A stretch of DNA of 63,038 bases, filler included, from Octopus bimaculoides (GCF_001194135.2; 8 parts of 8 records of this genome joined end to end with filler, not necessarily neighbours in it); one strand, 5' to 3'. Shown: positions 23,785-36,069, counted from the first letter of the whole stretch. Notes: a model not told the origin generated them from the sequence alone. Program-made: numbers and translations.

Positions 23785-26700
23785 ACTTAGATAAAGGAAA
23801 CGACACATGGGAATAGACAAGGTGGCCACGGTTGGAATGCTTTTTAATCATAATTCAAACAGATCAGGGTTTACAACAACGGAACCCTAAATGAATATAA
23901 AAAAAAAAGAATGGAAAGAAAGTTGAGGGCGTGTGGACGAATGTAAATGAGGTCAGTGGTAATAATTAATAAGTCTATGTAAAACAGGTCTTGTATTGGA
24001 CATAAACTGGACAACACACAGACACACACACACACACACACACACACATGCAAACACGCACGCTTTTTTTTTTTTTTTTTTTTCACACATGCATTAGATA
24101 TTTACCAATTCCGAGGTTCCGCTCACTATACAACTATATACTATATATTTTATACTATACAACTTTCTGTGCTGTGCTCCCACCTTCCCCTCTCTCTCTA
24201 ACTGTAAATATACTAAATATACACATGCATGCATAAATACATACATAGAAAGACAGACAGATAGATAGATACATACACACATGCATACATACATACATAC
24301 ATACATGCTTACATGCATACATACATACATATATACATAAATACATACTTAGACAGACAGATAGATATACATTCATACATACATACATACATACATACAT
24401 ACGGGGAGACAGACAGACAGATACATACATACATACGTACATATAGATATAAATATGCATATATATATATATACATAGATACATACACACACAAACACAC
24501 ACACATTCAAACTGCCTTACTCACAGACACACAAACACACACATCCATTTATTTCCTAATACAACACATATATTCAGCAGATGCGCCAACGACGAAGTCT
24601 CCATTGGTTATTTGAGATGCTAAAAATAGCAGTCAAATCTCCTTTTCCTCCGTCTAAAAAATGAGACATTCTGGATAATGTGGAACCGGCTTCTTTGCAC
24701 ATAGGAAAAAGTGGTAGTCACCGCTGGAATGTCTTATCATAGGTATCCACAATCAGGACCGACCTGGGGTTAAACAACAACCACCGATACACAAAAAGGC
24801 CATCAACATCGACACCGTCTCCAACAACGACGCCACCACCATCTCCACTACCAATACCAACATCTCCACTGCCATCACCACCACCACCACCATTGTAAAT
24901 GAATTGTCATGTCCCTACCACTATACCTTACGAAACCCCCCAGCAGTGGATTTGATCCCGAAACCACGAGACGCTAGATGAATGCTTTATCCTCTCCCCT
25001 AGCTTTGCCACTCAATAGACACACACACACACTTATACTCACATACACGTATACTCGTATACATATACATACACTTACATAGACACATGCATATACACAC
25101 AAATACAGATACACACTCATTCATGTGTACACGCAAAGATGCATATACACATACAACACACTCACACACAGACACATACATACAAATACATGCATACTCG
25201 CACACCCATATATATTCACTCATACTCTGACACCGACAGAAAGACTTCACTCAACATTAGCACTCAAAGAGTTACCTCCCCTACGTAAAGTGGTTTTCCT
25301 TCGTGGAAGTGAAGAAAATTCTTTGGTCGTTTCCCGGTTTATTTGGTCTCCGTTTCTGCTACTTGATTGATTCCTACCAACTTCTTGCAGCGATTTTTAC
25401 TTTGTTTGCATTGTGTTTGGTTTAATTGCTTACATTTGATGACAACAACAGTAAGTAATGTCTTGTCATCACTTTCTCCTTTCTCTTCGTTGAAAAAAAA
25501 TGAAGGTTTCTAATTTTTTAACCAGTGCTGACTACTAACTAGAACAAGAGGTGAACTCGGAAAATTGAATGCGTCAATCTAGTTTCGGTTCCTGGTTGAA
25601 GTCAATTCACTTCATTTCACATCTTTGTTTTTAATAATGCCTTTGAAAAAAGTTATAAACGTTACAAGATTATATTCTCTACCGCTACAAAATCCTGCCA
25701 ACTTGTGTCTTCATAAAATAAGAAGAATTGTTGCCAAAATAAGTAAAACTAATTTCGTAAGACACTTGTCTGAATTTTCATATTTCATAATGGTTCATAT
25801 TTCGTTGTTGTAATGATATCATATGGTAGCAGGCGCTAGCAGATTCTGGCCAAGATACTCTATGAAGCAAACAAACGTTCTACCTCGCGGTTTTTTGGGG
25901 TTTTTTCATGCTTATAATCTCACCCAAGTTTGATTTTTTTTTTTTCCCTTTCTCCTTCCTTCCTTTTGACTACTATCGAAAATAGGACTCGGAAATTCCA
26001 AAGAAATGTTATGAGCAATAGATTCCAGTTCTCTCGCCAAATGTGGAGGAATTTTTCATTTATCTGCTTAACGTCATAAAACCAGACCTAAGCACCGGTC
26101 ATTATTTGCTTAATAGTTGCTTAACCCCTACACTAACCCTGTTATGTTGAATGTAAATGCATTAACAGCGGTATAAGATCGATTCGATTAACTATATATT
26201 TTCCCCTCTAAGAAATGTATTTATTATATTATTTGTAGTGAATATTCGACAGCGAGATACTGTAGCCTCTTAACCGTGCACCCACCCTCCTTTGAATATT
26301 TTTCTTTAAAAAGGGAAAACTGTAAAATGCAGAGGTTTTGTTTGACTGCTTGTTTTTTTTCCTAAAGGTTCAATGTTTAAAAGTTTGTAACCTCAATTAA
26401 TCTGTAGTAACGCCTGTGCATGCGTAGAATTAAACAAGCAAGCGTTTCCCGCTCAATTCATTCTCTTTCTTGCTGGCCAGCGATTGAGCATGGACGTGTG
26501 TTTTAAAGCTGTCCCTACATCTTTCGGTCTTATACTCGACAGCTCGTTATTCTCACCTCTAAAGATGTATAACTAAAGATATGTATGTTTTATCACCTAA
26601 ATAAATGTTGTTTGAGTTGTTTAGTCTGGAGCTCAGCGTTCCGTCTATTTCTTTAATTTTATAGTAGAAAGTCAGGTATACAATCTAAATATGTATAACC

Positions 26701-28054
26701 CACTTTCTACTAAAAATCTAAAGAATGAAGAGGGTGCCTGTAGCTTTTTGTCAGGCAGTCTTAGATAACGGTCTACGAGAGGATTGCGGAAACTGAGTGA
26801 GGATAGCAGAGTTGATGTTTAGTACGAATTACTACAATGAGGGGGGGTGAAGAAGGGTGGATTCGAGAGATTCAGTTCTTATGAAGAAAAATCAAGTCTA
26901 TCGTTTGTCTTCGTGACAATCGTGATTGCTAACGACTTCACCAAACTGCCCCCGTCAATCATTTCGCTAAGATGTGCAACATTTGGAATAAAAGGGAAAA
27001 TAAATATATTTTTTCGTTTGCATCAAGATGATAATGATGATAAAAACATTTTTTTTTCTCAAGGGAGTATGTAGAAAGTAGGGTGCGATGTCATCTGCCT
27101 CGGGTACCCAGCCCTACATGACACTCAAGCCAAGGGAACGAACTTAAATCGGAAACCCTGTCTTTATGCAATTAGGTCATTAGTGCTCGATAATCGTGAC
27201 GGCAATGGTGGTGGTGTTGGCTACTACACGACGATGGTGATGATGATAGTAGCGGTGGCGGTCTTCCAAATGGTAGCGATGACAGTGATGTAGGCGAGGG
27301 GGTTTATCGATGAAAATGGGTCCACCTTGTGACTATCGACATCTCAAATCACATGACAATTGTTACGAGCCATTCCTTGTCTTATTCGATTATCACACTC
27401 AATGATGACGACAACGATGATAGTGATGATGATGATGATGATAACAACTATAGTTGTGGATGGTCTAACGTCGAAAATTACCCTACCACTCACCGTCATA
27501 TGATTATCAACCAGTGGCAGTCAAGGATTATGAAAGACTAATGAATGAATAAATGAATAGATGTGTTGAAGTTTTCAGGATATGTCTGTATGTCATTCTA
27601 TGTCTGTCTGGTTGATTCTCTCTATCTATTTCCCTTGTGTATGTGTGTGTGTTCCCCAGTGCAGTTGCTTGACCTTTTTGTGATCAAATGTATTCATCAA
27701 TGGGTGATTAGAGTCTTCTGACATCAGAGAAAATCATTAAAGGAATAAATGAAATTAGCCATAGCTATTTATCTTACCAAGACTACTGCCTAAGCCATAT
27801 ATATATACATGGATTATACACATGCAGAACAATGCTAAACAAATGCCAACCAAGCCACCTCCACACAGTTATTCTTATTCACCATCTAAAATAACTCTAG
27901 GCCATAGCAACTGATGGAGCTTCTATGTGATCTCTCAGCTTGCTAGAAATAGCAGTCAAACCTCTCTCAACTTATTATCTTTTTAAAAAATAACCCCAGC
28001 CAGCTCTAAAAATGAAATATAATTGTTACTGGTTAGGCTTGTCTAAGAGTGGCA

Positions 28055-28310
28055 CTGCTGCTACATGAAAAGCGCTGGTGATGGTACCACATTAAAAAGC
28101 GCTGATGATGGTGCCACATTAAAAAGCGCTGGTGGTGGTGCCACATTAAAGAGCGCTGGTGGCGGTGCCACATTAAAGAGCGCTGGTGGCGGTGCCACAT
28201 TAAAAAGCGCTGGTGCTACTACCACATTAAAAAGCGCTGGTGATGGTGCTACATTAAAAAGCGCTGGTGCCACATTAAAGAGCATTGGTGATGGTGCCAC
28301 ATAAAAGCAC
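28055..28310 (+). repeat. 27-bp minisatellite, about 9 copies
   Basis: Unit aaaagcgctggtggtggtgccacatta; translates as (LKSAGGGAT)n. Confidence 0.9.
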
Positions 28311-28512
28311 TTGTGAAGGTACCATGTAAAAATGCACCCACTACACTCTGTAAGGGGGTTGACATTAGGAAGATCATCCAGCTGTAGAAACCAAACCAAA
28401 ACAGACTTTGGGATTTGGTGCAGCTCCTGGCATTGCCAGCTCCTGTCAAACCGTCCAACCCATATCAGCATGGAAAATAGACGTTTGATGTTGCTGCTGG
28501 TGATGATGATGA
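28310..28512 (+). mobile_element. Diverged RTE 3'-tail copy preceded by a minisatellite
   Basis: gcacccactacactct..taggaagatcatccagctgtagaaacc..ccgtccaacccat..atggaaaatagacgtt..gatgatgat. Confidence 0.65.
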
Positions 28513-28589
28513 AGGCATCACATTCATAAAGGATGGCTATGAGTGGAAAGGAGGAGGATAACCTATGTAATGTTTGTGCTTTTATCAAG

Positions 28590-28965
28590 GTGCAGGAGTG
28601 GCTGTGTGGTAAGTAGTTTGCTTACCAACCACATGGTTCTGGGCTCAGTCCCACTGCGTGGCATCTTGGGCAAGTGTCTTCTACTATAACCTCGGGCCGA
28701 CCAAAGCCTGGTGAGTGGATTTGGTAGACGGAAACTGAAAGAAGCCCGTCGTATATATGTTTATATATGTGTATGTGTATGTTTGTGTGTGTGTGTTTGT
28801 CCCCCTAGCATTGCTTGACAAACGATGCTGGTGTGTTTATGTTCCGGTCACCTAGCGGTTCGGCAAACAGGCTTACAAAGAATAAGTCCTGGCGTCGATT
28901 TGCTCGACTAAAGGTGGTGCTCCAGCATGGCTGCTGTCAAATGACTGAAACAAGTAAAAGAGTAA
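28590..28965 (+). mobile_element. tRNA-derived composite SINE with internal microsatellite (family C)
   Basis: gtggctgtgtggtaag A-box-like and ggttc.gggctcagtccc B-box-like head, (AT/GT)n core, then ..gactgaaacaagtaaaagag end. Boundaries are defined by the empty paralogous site at 32530. Confidence 0.75.
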
Positions 28966-29341
28966 GAGCGTTATAAAGCAATTGTCAGAATGATGAACAA
29001 AATGCTTTACAGTATTTAGTAATTTTGGCTCTGTACATTCTGGGTTCAAGCCCTACTAAGGTCAGCTCTACTTCCCATAAATTCCAGTGTCAATAAAATA
29101 AAGACTCAATCAAGTACATTGATTTAATTAACTGTACACGCTCTCACATTTGTGACTTTATACACCTATGTTAGAAATCAATATATTTATGGGGTCACAA
29201 TTGGTGGGGGTCCAGGCAGAAGGCTTGCACTATTTAGTTGCATCCCTGTTCTATAATCAAATCCTGCCAAAGTTGATTTTTGACTTTTGTTCTTCTTGGG
29301 TTGATAAAAGGATTACCTGTGAAGTACTGGAGATGATTTAA

Positions 29342-29555
29342 CTCTGTGGCGTTTAAACCAGCCATGTCCAGCCCAAACATTCTACTTGTTCTATATTCAA
29401 ACCGGCCAGATCTGGCCTCTCTCACCTACCCAACAATGTCATTCTAAAAATAGTCACATCATCAAAATCTTGAAGCTACGAGATAATGAATGATTAATTT
29501 AAAACAATGTGAATAAATAAGTATTACATTTGACAGAGTAATCAATGTTAAAGGG
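29342..29555. mobile_element. piggyBac-type MITE
   Basis: TTAA on both flanks; the right end is ..tgttaaaggg|TTAA and the left end is degenerate (ctctgtggcgtt). Confidence 0.55.
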
Positions 29556-29621
29556 TTAATTGAAAGTAACCTCACCAAATAAATATATTTTTTTCCTGTT
29601 TTAGTTATATTTCTATATATA

Positions 29622-29640
29622 TGTATTTTTTTTTTCCAGG
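29622..29640 (+). promoter_or_regulatory. Splice acceptor of a 5'-UTR intron of KDM8
   Basis: tgtattttttttttccag|G with AG at 29638-29639, 14 nt upstream of ATG 29654. Confidence 0.7.
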
Positions 29641-29653
29641 TGAGGCTATCACT

Positions 29654-31177
29654 ATGACAACCAGAGAGGAAGCTTCAGACATCCTCAAGTCTCACATCCC
29701 AGATAACAAAGAGGATTTACTAGATCAAATACTTGACCGACAGTCACTTGATCCTGCCTTTGACCACCTTCTCAACAAATGTGTCGAGAACCTATACAAC
29801 GATCATTACTATGACTGCCTAGCACAGAGTTCCATCCTCCTGGATAGAATATGGGAAATGCTTAATAAGGGTCATTGGAAAACTGTATCCCTGCATTGGC
29901 GTATCTCGTATTCAGTTGTCTCCCTTTGTAAAGCCTGTTCCCAGCTGGCCTTGTGGCTTACGTCAGACCAAGATTCCAGCATTTCTGCCACTGATGTCCT
30001 TAAATCTTGTGATATGGGCTTACTGATGGGTTCACCTCTTGAAGGAAATAACTTAACCAATTTAGCCTCTTCTGTTCATAGATTGTTCTGTTCTACTACG
30101 GAACAAAATCGAGGAACGCAGAAATTAAGCAGAAATCAGCCAGCCGTGTTATCTGTGGCTCCTGAAAAAAAAGGTAACGCCAACACTGTTACGGTGTCCC
30201 AGGATAAAAGATTAAATCGTGTTGATGAATCTGTTCACAATCATGCTGTAGAAAACAGTTTGGAAAAAGTCTCGACTAATAGATTGATCCTAGAAAAACC
30301 TAGTGATGTTTGCAATAACATTGTGGATAAAACAAAGGAGATGGAGACTAATATCATGTTATCATCTTCATCGTTGAGAAGTGAGAATGGTGTGACATGT
30401 GTTAGAACTATTGAAAATAACAACAGTGAACCATTTCTGACTAAAGTCAGCACTTTCAACTTGCCAATCACCAAAGTTAAATGTCCATCTTTAGAACACT
30501 TCCATAGGAATTTCTACAACATGAATTGTCCAGTCATCATAACAAATGCCATTAACTACTGGCCAGCCATGAGCAGCCGGCCATGGAACTTAGATTACAT
30601 CAAAAGTGTTGCAGGCGCCCGTTTGGTTCCTGTTGAAATTGGCTCGAAATACACTGAGGATTCTTGGAGCCAGAAATTAATGACAATCTCCAGTTTCATT
30701 GATGAGTTTATCATTGATCCGAAACAAGGAACAGATAATGTTGGGTATTTAGCCCAGCACCAGCTTTTTGACCAAATCCAAGAACTGAGGAACGATATAA
30801 GTATTCCTATATATTGTTGTCTGGGAACTTGTGAAGATGTTGATGTCAACGCTTGGTTTGGACCGAAAGGAACGGTCTCACCCCTGCATAATGACCCTAA
30901 ACATAATTTTCTGTGTCAAGTGTTTGGAAAGAAACTCATCCGCCTTTACTCCCCTCAAGACACTGAGTCACTCTATCCATACGACAGCCACCTCCTAGAC
31001 AACACAAGTCAAGTAGATGTGGAAAATCCAGACTTGGAGAAATTCCCATGTTTTAAAAACCTCAATTATAATGAATTTATATTAGAGCCAGGTGAAATGT
31101 TGTATCTTCCTCCTAAGTATTGGCATTTTGTAAAATCCCTGTCAGTTAGCTTTTCTGTTAGTTTTTGGTGGGAGTAA
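29654..31177 (+). CDS. KDM8: JmjC-domain protein KDM8/JMJD5 (2OG/Fe(II) oxygenase), single coding exon, 507 aa
   Basis: Uninterrupted ORF. The C-terminus [96 protein letters not shown] closely matches JMJD5, with the HxD...H iron triad intact. The N-terminal [17 protein letters not shown] and CDMGLLMG motifs also match. The start is set at ATG 29654 because a polypyrimidine tract and CAG acceptor lie at 29626-29639, so the in-frame ATG at 29621 would be intronic. Confidence 0.95.
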   Translation: MTTREEASDILKSHIPDNKEDLLDQILDRQSLDPAFDHLLNKCVENLYNDHYYDCLAQSSILLDRIWEMLNKGHWKTVSLHWRISYSVVSLCKACSQLALWLTSDQDSSISATDVLKSCDMGLLMGSPLEGNNLTNLASSVHRLFCSTTEQNRGTQKLSRNQPAVLSVAPEKKGNANTVTVSQDKRLNRVDESVHNHAVENSLEKVSTNRLILEKPSDVCNNIVDKTKEMETNIMLSSSSLRSENGVTCVRTIENNNSEPFLTKVSTFNLPITKVKCPSLEHFHRNFYNMNCPVIITNAINYWPAMSSRPWNLDYIKSVAGARLVPVEIGSKYTEDSWSQKLMTISSFIDEFIIDPKQGTDNVGYLAQHQLFDQIQELRNDISIPIYCCLGTCEDVDVNAWFGPKGTVSPLHNDPKHNFLCQVFGKKLIRLYSPQDTESLYPYDSHLLDNTSQVDVENPDLEKFPCFKNLNYNEFILEPGEMLYLPPKYWHFVKSLSVSFSVSFWWE

Positions 31178-31599
31178 ACTCACCGTCTCACCTCATGCAC
31201 ATACGCACACACACATAATATGCTTGCTTCAACCATCTGAGTTGTAATGATAAGTACAGTACCTCAGAAGGTTCTCTGGTTCTGTGTTGGTCAAGTCTGC
31301 AAGTGTTCGGTCATGTTTAGTCATATCTAGTCCTGTATGGTTATATCCGGTGTCTGGTACAGCTTCAAACCATGTCTGTCCATGCTTAGTTCCATTTGGT
31401 CGTGCGTGGTCTCTCTCTGGTCTGAAGAACTTTTCGGTATTTCTGGTCGTGTCTAGTTCTGTATGGTTATATACAGTGATTGTGTGGTGCAACACAAACC
31501 CTCTCTATCCATGCTTAGTTCTGTTTGGTCAAGTATGATAGCGTTTAGTCATAAACGAACTCGTTGGTCTGAAAAAATATTCCTCAGCATCTATAATTC

Positions 31600-31760
31600 A
31601 TCACTCTCAGAGTGGTTGGCGTTAGGAAGGGCATCCAGCTGTAGAAACTCTGCCAAATCAGATTGGAGCCTGGTGTAGCCATCTGGTTTCACCAGTCCTC
31701 AGTCAAATCGTCCAACCCATGCTAGCATGGAAAGCGGACGTTAAACGACAATGATGATGA
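31600..31760 (+). mobile_element. RTE 3'-tail copy downstream of KDM8
   Basis: Near-identical to 1340-1492. Confidence 0.85.
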
Positions 31761-33008
31761 TCCGTGAAGAAAAAAAGGGAGGAAAAAAGACCAACCAAGC
31801 AATTTCAACTCAACACCACCAAAATGGCCTTTATATCAAAATAAAAAAAGAATGACATGAAATTTTTTGAAAAAAAGTATGATGATAAAAAAGCAACGAT
31901 ATGAAGAACAAAACAAATGCAAGTGTCATGACCAAGTCGTTAAAGTACGCATTTATTTTTAATATTCCAGAAATATATTGTTAGTTCTAACCCTACCACA
32001 TGCTTTTCCTTGTGTAGCCTTAAAGCAATGATGTCATAACTGCAATGCTTTCCTCAGGTCTAATCTAACCAGATTGTAAACCTAATCCATCATCCTCCTT
32101 TAATACCACCAATCTGGTGTTAAGCCAGCTGACCCTTGAGGTGCCTTCAGCAATGTCTGCTACGTCGTAAGCAATCAAGTGAAGTCTCTTGTCTGACGAT
32201 ATCTTCTTCCTTTTGTCCCACCAAATCAACAAATGACCCTGAAAAAGGGTCGTTGATGCTGCATTACCTCTTAATAATTCATCAAAGGTTTAAAATAACA
32301 AAACACTGCTATTTGTTGTGCTGCCTGCTACCCAGGACTAATGAATGGTTCTTCAATCACACAGCCCTTTACCTTTGTAAAAAATCAGCTCTACAGGTGA
32401 ATATCAAGCAACTTGTCCAAAGGTTCAAACAAAAGGAAACTCCAAGATGATAAAATATACTTGTTACTATCATAATCATAAAGGAAGGGTATGAATGGAG
32501 AGGAGAAGAATAATCTATGTAATGTTTCTGTTTTTATCAAGAGCATTCTAAACCGATTGTCAGAATGATGGACAAAATGCCTTACAGTATTTAGTAATTA
32601 TGGCCCTGTACATTCTGGGTTCAAACCCTACCAAGGTCAGCCCTATTTTAGATCACTCAATCTCGATCATGCAGTGATAAGCACCACTTACAAAGTATAC
32701 ATTCTGGGTTCAAGCCCTAATATGATCATTCTAATGTGGATCCCTCAATCTCAATCGCACAGTGATAAGCGCAACTTACAAAGAGATAAACTGCTTACCT
32801 TCTGACAGGCTGAGTATGCAAGACTTATTATTATTATTTTTTTTTTTTTTTGTGGGGTTTTTTATTTGTTTTAGCTGTTAATTTGTATTTCTTCCTGAAA
32901 TCAAGAAGNNNNNNNNNNNNNNNNNNNNNNNNNNNNNNNNNNNNNNNNNNNNTTAATTAATTAANNNNNNNNNNNNNNNNNNNNNNNNNNNNNNNNNNNN
33001 NNNNNNNN

Positions 33009-33177
33009 GAGTGAGTGAGTGAGTGAGTGAGTGAGTGAGTGAGTGAGTGAGTGATACAGTCAGTCAGTCAGTGACCCAGAGAGAGAGAAAGAGAGAGAGT
33101 GAGTGAGTGAGTGAGTGAGTGAGTGAGTCAGTCAGTCAGTCACTCACTCAGTCAGTCAGTGACCCAGAGAGAGAGAA

Positions 33178-33210
<33 letters not shown>

Positions 33211-33215
33211 GAGAG

Positions 33216-33266
<51 letters not shown>
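33009..33266. repeat. (GAGT)n/(CAGT)n/(GA)n microsatellite
   Basis: Direct reading. Confidence 0.9.
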
Positions 33267-34333
33267 NNNNNNNNNNNNNNNNNNNNNNNNNNNNNNNNNN
33301 NNNNNNNNNNNNNNNNNNNNNNNNNNNNNNNNNNNNNNNNNNNNNNNNNNNNNNNNNNNNNNNNNNNNNNNNNNNNNNNNNNNNNNNNNNNNNNNNNNNN
33401 NNNNNNNNNNNNNNNNNNNNNNNNNNNNNNNNNNNNNNNNNNNNNNNNNNNNNNNNNNNNNNNNNNNNNNNNNNNNNNNNNNNNNNNNNNNNNNNNNNNN
33501 NNNNNNNNNNNNNNNNNNNNNNNNNNNNNNNNNNNNNNNNNNNNNNNNNNNNNNNNNNNNNNNNNNNNNNNNNNNNNNNNNNNNNNNNNNNNNNNNNNNN
33601 NNNNNNNNNNNNNNNNNNNGTTGTATAACAAACAGATAGATGGATTTAGAGAAATGCCCAGAGAAAAAGAGATTTGTGGAGCGAGAGAGAGAGATGGTGA
33701 AAGAGAGAGATGGTGAAAGAGAGAGATGGTGAAAGAGAGAGAGTGAGAGAAGAGGAGCAACTGAGAGAAAGAGAGAAAGGAATGAAGATAATAGCAGACC
33801 GATCCTTGCTCGGTTTCCGTAAAAGAATTGGTGGTGCAGCCCCATCAGTTCAATCTACCAAACTGCTACAAATATATATTAGTGTCCTACTGACAATATC
33901 AACTTTGTCTGAATTCATAACATGTTTTAGACCAGACCTTTCTTCCAATACCAGTTCATAATCCAAGAGATTATACCAAGAGACGGATGGCGCATGAAGT
34001 CTCGTGGCCTAGAGGTTAGGGTATTGCACTTAACACCACGAGGTCACAGTTTCGAGTTCCAGACCGGCTGTGAGTTGTATTCTTTACGAAAAGCCTTCAT
34101 TTCACGTTGCTCCAGTTCCCGCAGTTGGCATTAGTTATTCATTCACACGGGTTATTCATTCACACAAATTTTATCGACCCCGGAAGCGAAGTTGACCTTG
34201 ACGTTATTTGAACTCAGAAACATGCAAGCCGGAATTTACGCAATCTCACTGAGAGCGGAAATATATCAGATGATAAACGAGCGGACCAAATAATATACAC
34301 AGAATGAAATAACGAAATAATTGGGCGCCGTAC

Positions 34334-34489
34334 CTGTGTCTTTGACAAATACATCCATCGATTCCGTACTTGGTTCTGAATATTCATCCAATAAATGATA
34401 GAGCGCAGTGATTCTATACAGACTGAAACATCCTGGGCAACACATCACCGACCCAATAATATTCTGAGCGCTTTTTGTCATCCAGAAAT
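34334..34489 (-). CDS. CHS: Chitin synthase, exon F (last identifiable exon)
   Basis: tttaaag|AT TTC TGG...ACA G|gtacgg, 156 nt, DFWMTKSAQNIIGSVMCCPGCFSLYR..YSEPSTESMDVFVKDTG. The next expected residues are EDRW. Confidence 0.92.
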
Positions 34490-35309
34490 CTTTAAAAAAA
34501 CAAGCAAAATTTTAAAATAATAATTACAAAAGAAAGTAAATATACTGTGTAAGTGAAAAAAAAAGGAAGTGAAATTTTCGAGATGTGAAGGCGTATGGCC
34601 TATTAGATTGTTGCACTCACAGTTGCAAGATAATGGTTTCAATATCCCGATCGGATAATATGTTTTGTCCTGGAGCAAAACACTTCATTTTACGTTGCTC
34701 CAGTCCACCCAGATGTAAACGGAGAACCCTGCAACGGACTGGTGTCCTGTTCACGAGAAGTGCGAGATTGGTCACTTGCACGTTATAGAAATCGGGTAAC
34801 CGGCGCCATTGGCTCTTGGAGTGAGCAAAGGCTGGTCGATAGCTTTGTAAAGTCCGAAGCTCAACCACACAGCACTAAATCTATATCAGCTAAATCTAAC
34901 ACGCTGTAAATAGGTACAGTATGTGATGGTCATGGCAGTAAGTAACAACAGTATTGTAACTAACATATATTTTCTTAGCTTGCAGCGACCGAATCCAGAC
35001 TATCATGATAGATCACTACCACCCTATTTGGATACATAGATACATGTGTGTATATATTTTCTATAACGTAATGAGAATGGCCACCTCAAATCACTGCTAT
35101 ACGCGTTTCAGTAGCGTGGTTGTTTTTCAACAATGTGTAATATATGATAGTGCGTAATTTCACATTGCGTAAGCACGCCATTTCATCGAGCAATATCCAG
35201 CCTTTTATCGCTAAGATCTATTCAAATTATGTCACTTGATATTTAATATAGCTTTTATTGATTGTTTATATTAAATATCAAGTGTTATTAGAAAAAAAGA
35301 AAAACCAAC

Positions 35310-36069
35310 CTTTGATATATTCAAAAATTTGGAACCATACAATTGGGCGATTCTTTTCGCCGACAGGATGTGTCCGGCCACAAGCACCACCGACTCGGAG
35401 ATCACCATTACAAGTGTTCAATAATTCGATCACAGCGTCATCACTAAACTTCATGTCGGAATCCGTTGCTAGGATATAGGTCCGGCTGTCGAATTCTTCA
35501 GGGCTCGGAAGGAACGGTGACCTGATGTTCACTTTGGCATCGTTAATCAAATTTCCACTGATGGTGTTAATAGGTTTTTCTTCTATTATCGGATTAATAC
35601 GAATACTGGCACCATTGCGAACCATATCAGTTATTGTACTTGAGGCCCATGAAGTACCAGAATCTTCAAGCCCATACATGTATGCAGAGTTCACCAACGA
35701 ATGGGGGCTCGCTGATAATCTACCGTTCATCTTGGGGACGCCCAAGCCATTTGGATGGAGATATACGCTAGAGTTTGAATATAGGTTTTTACCCATTTCT
35801 GAATCATCCGACCAGCATGATATCTCATCTTCGCTGGAAAATACCGAACAATCGCTATATTGACTCAGCATCGAACTTGTGAGGTGACATCTTATTGTAG
35901 GACTTTTCGTTTGGATGTTCGATGAATCTACACCATAGAATTTCCTTTCATCGACACAATACCGGGCGTTGAATGGCGTCGATTCCATTTCGCAGCGTTT
36001 CAGTCTTTTTTCTATCCAATTGTAAGCTTTTTTCACCCGGCAACTCATTACGTAGTTCATATATAACAC
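35310..36069 (-). CDS. CHS: Chitin synthase, exon E (DxD and CGRxHP motifs, with a long Ser-rich insertion)
   Basis: tttaaag|GTG TTA TAT ATG...ATC AAA G|gttggt, 760 nt, VLYMNYVM...TYILATDSDMKF..AV..LL..GGACGRTHPVG..WFQIFEYIK. Confidence 0.92.

Noticed and set aside
28055-28310. CRISPR-like array
   Set aside because: Tandem units without unique spacers, eukaryotic context and no cas genes.
28061-28588. Repetitive ORFs (LKSAGGGAT)n and (ALFNVAPPP)n as a novel protein
   Set aside because: A consequence of a 27-bp unit derived from a retroelement UTR.
29621-29653. ORF-track start [11 protein letters not shown] for KDM8
   Set aside because: It overlaps a polypyrimidine tract and AG acceptor, so it is more likely intronic or UTR.
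33780-33960. Unique-looking segment next to the gap as the CHS GEDRW exon
   Set aside because: All three minus-strand frames lack CHS motifs and contain stops.
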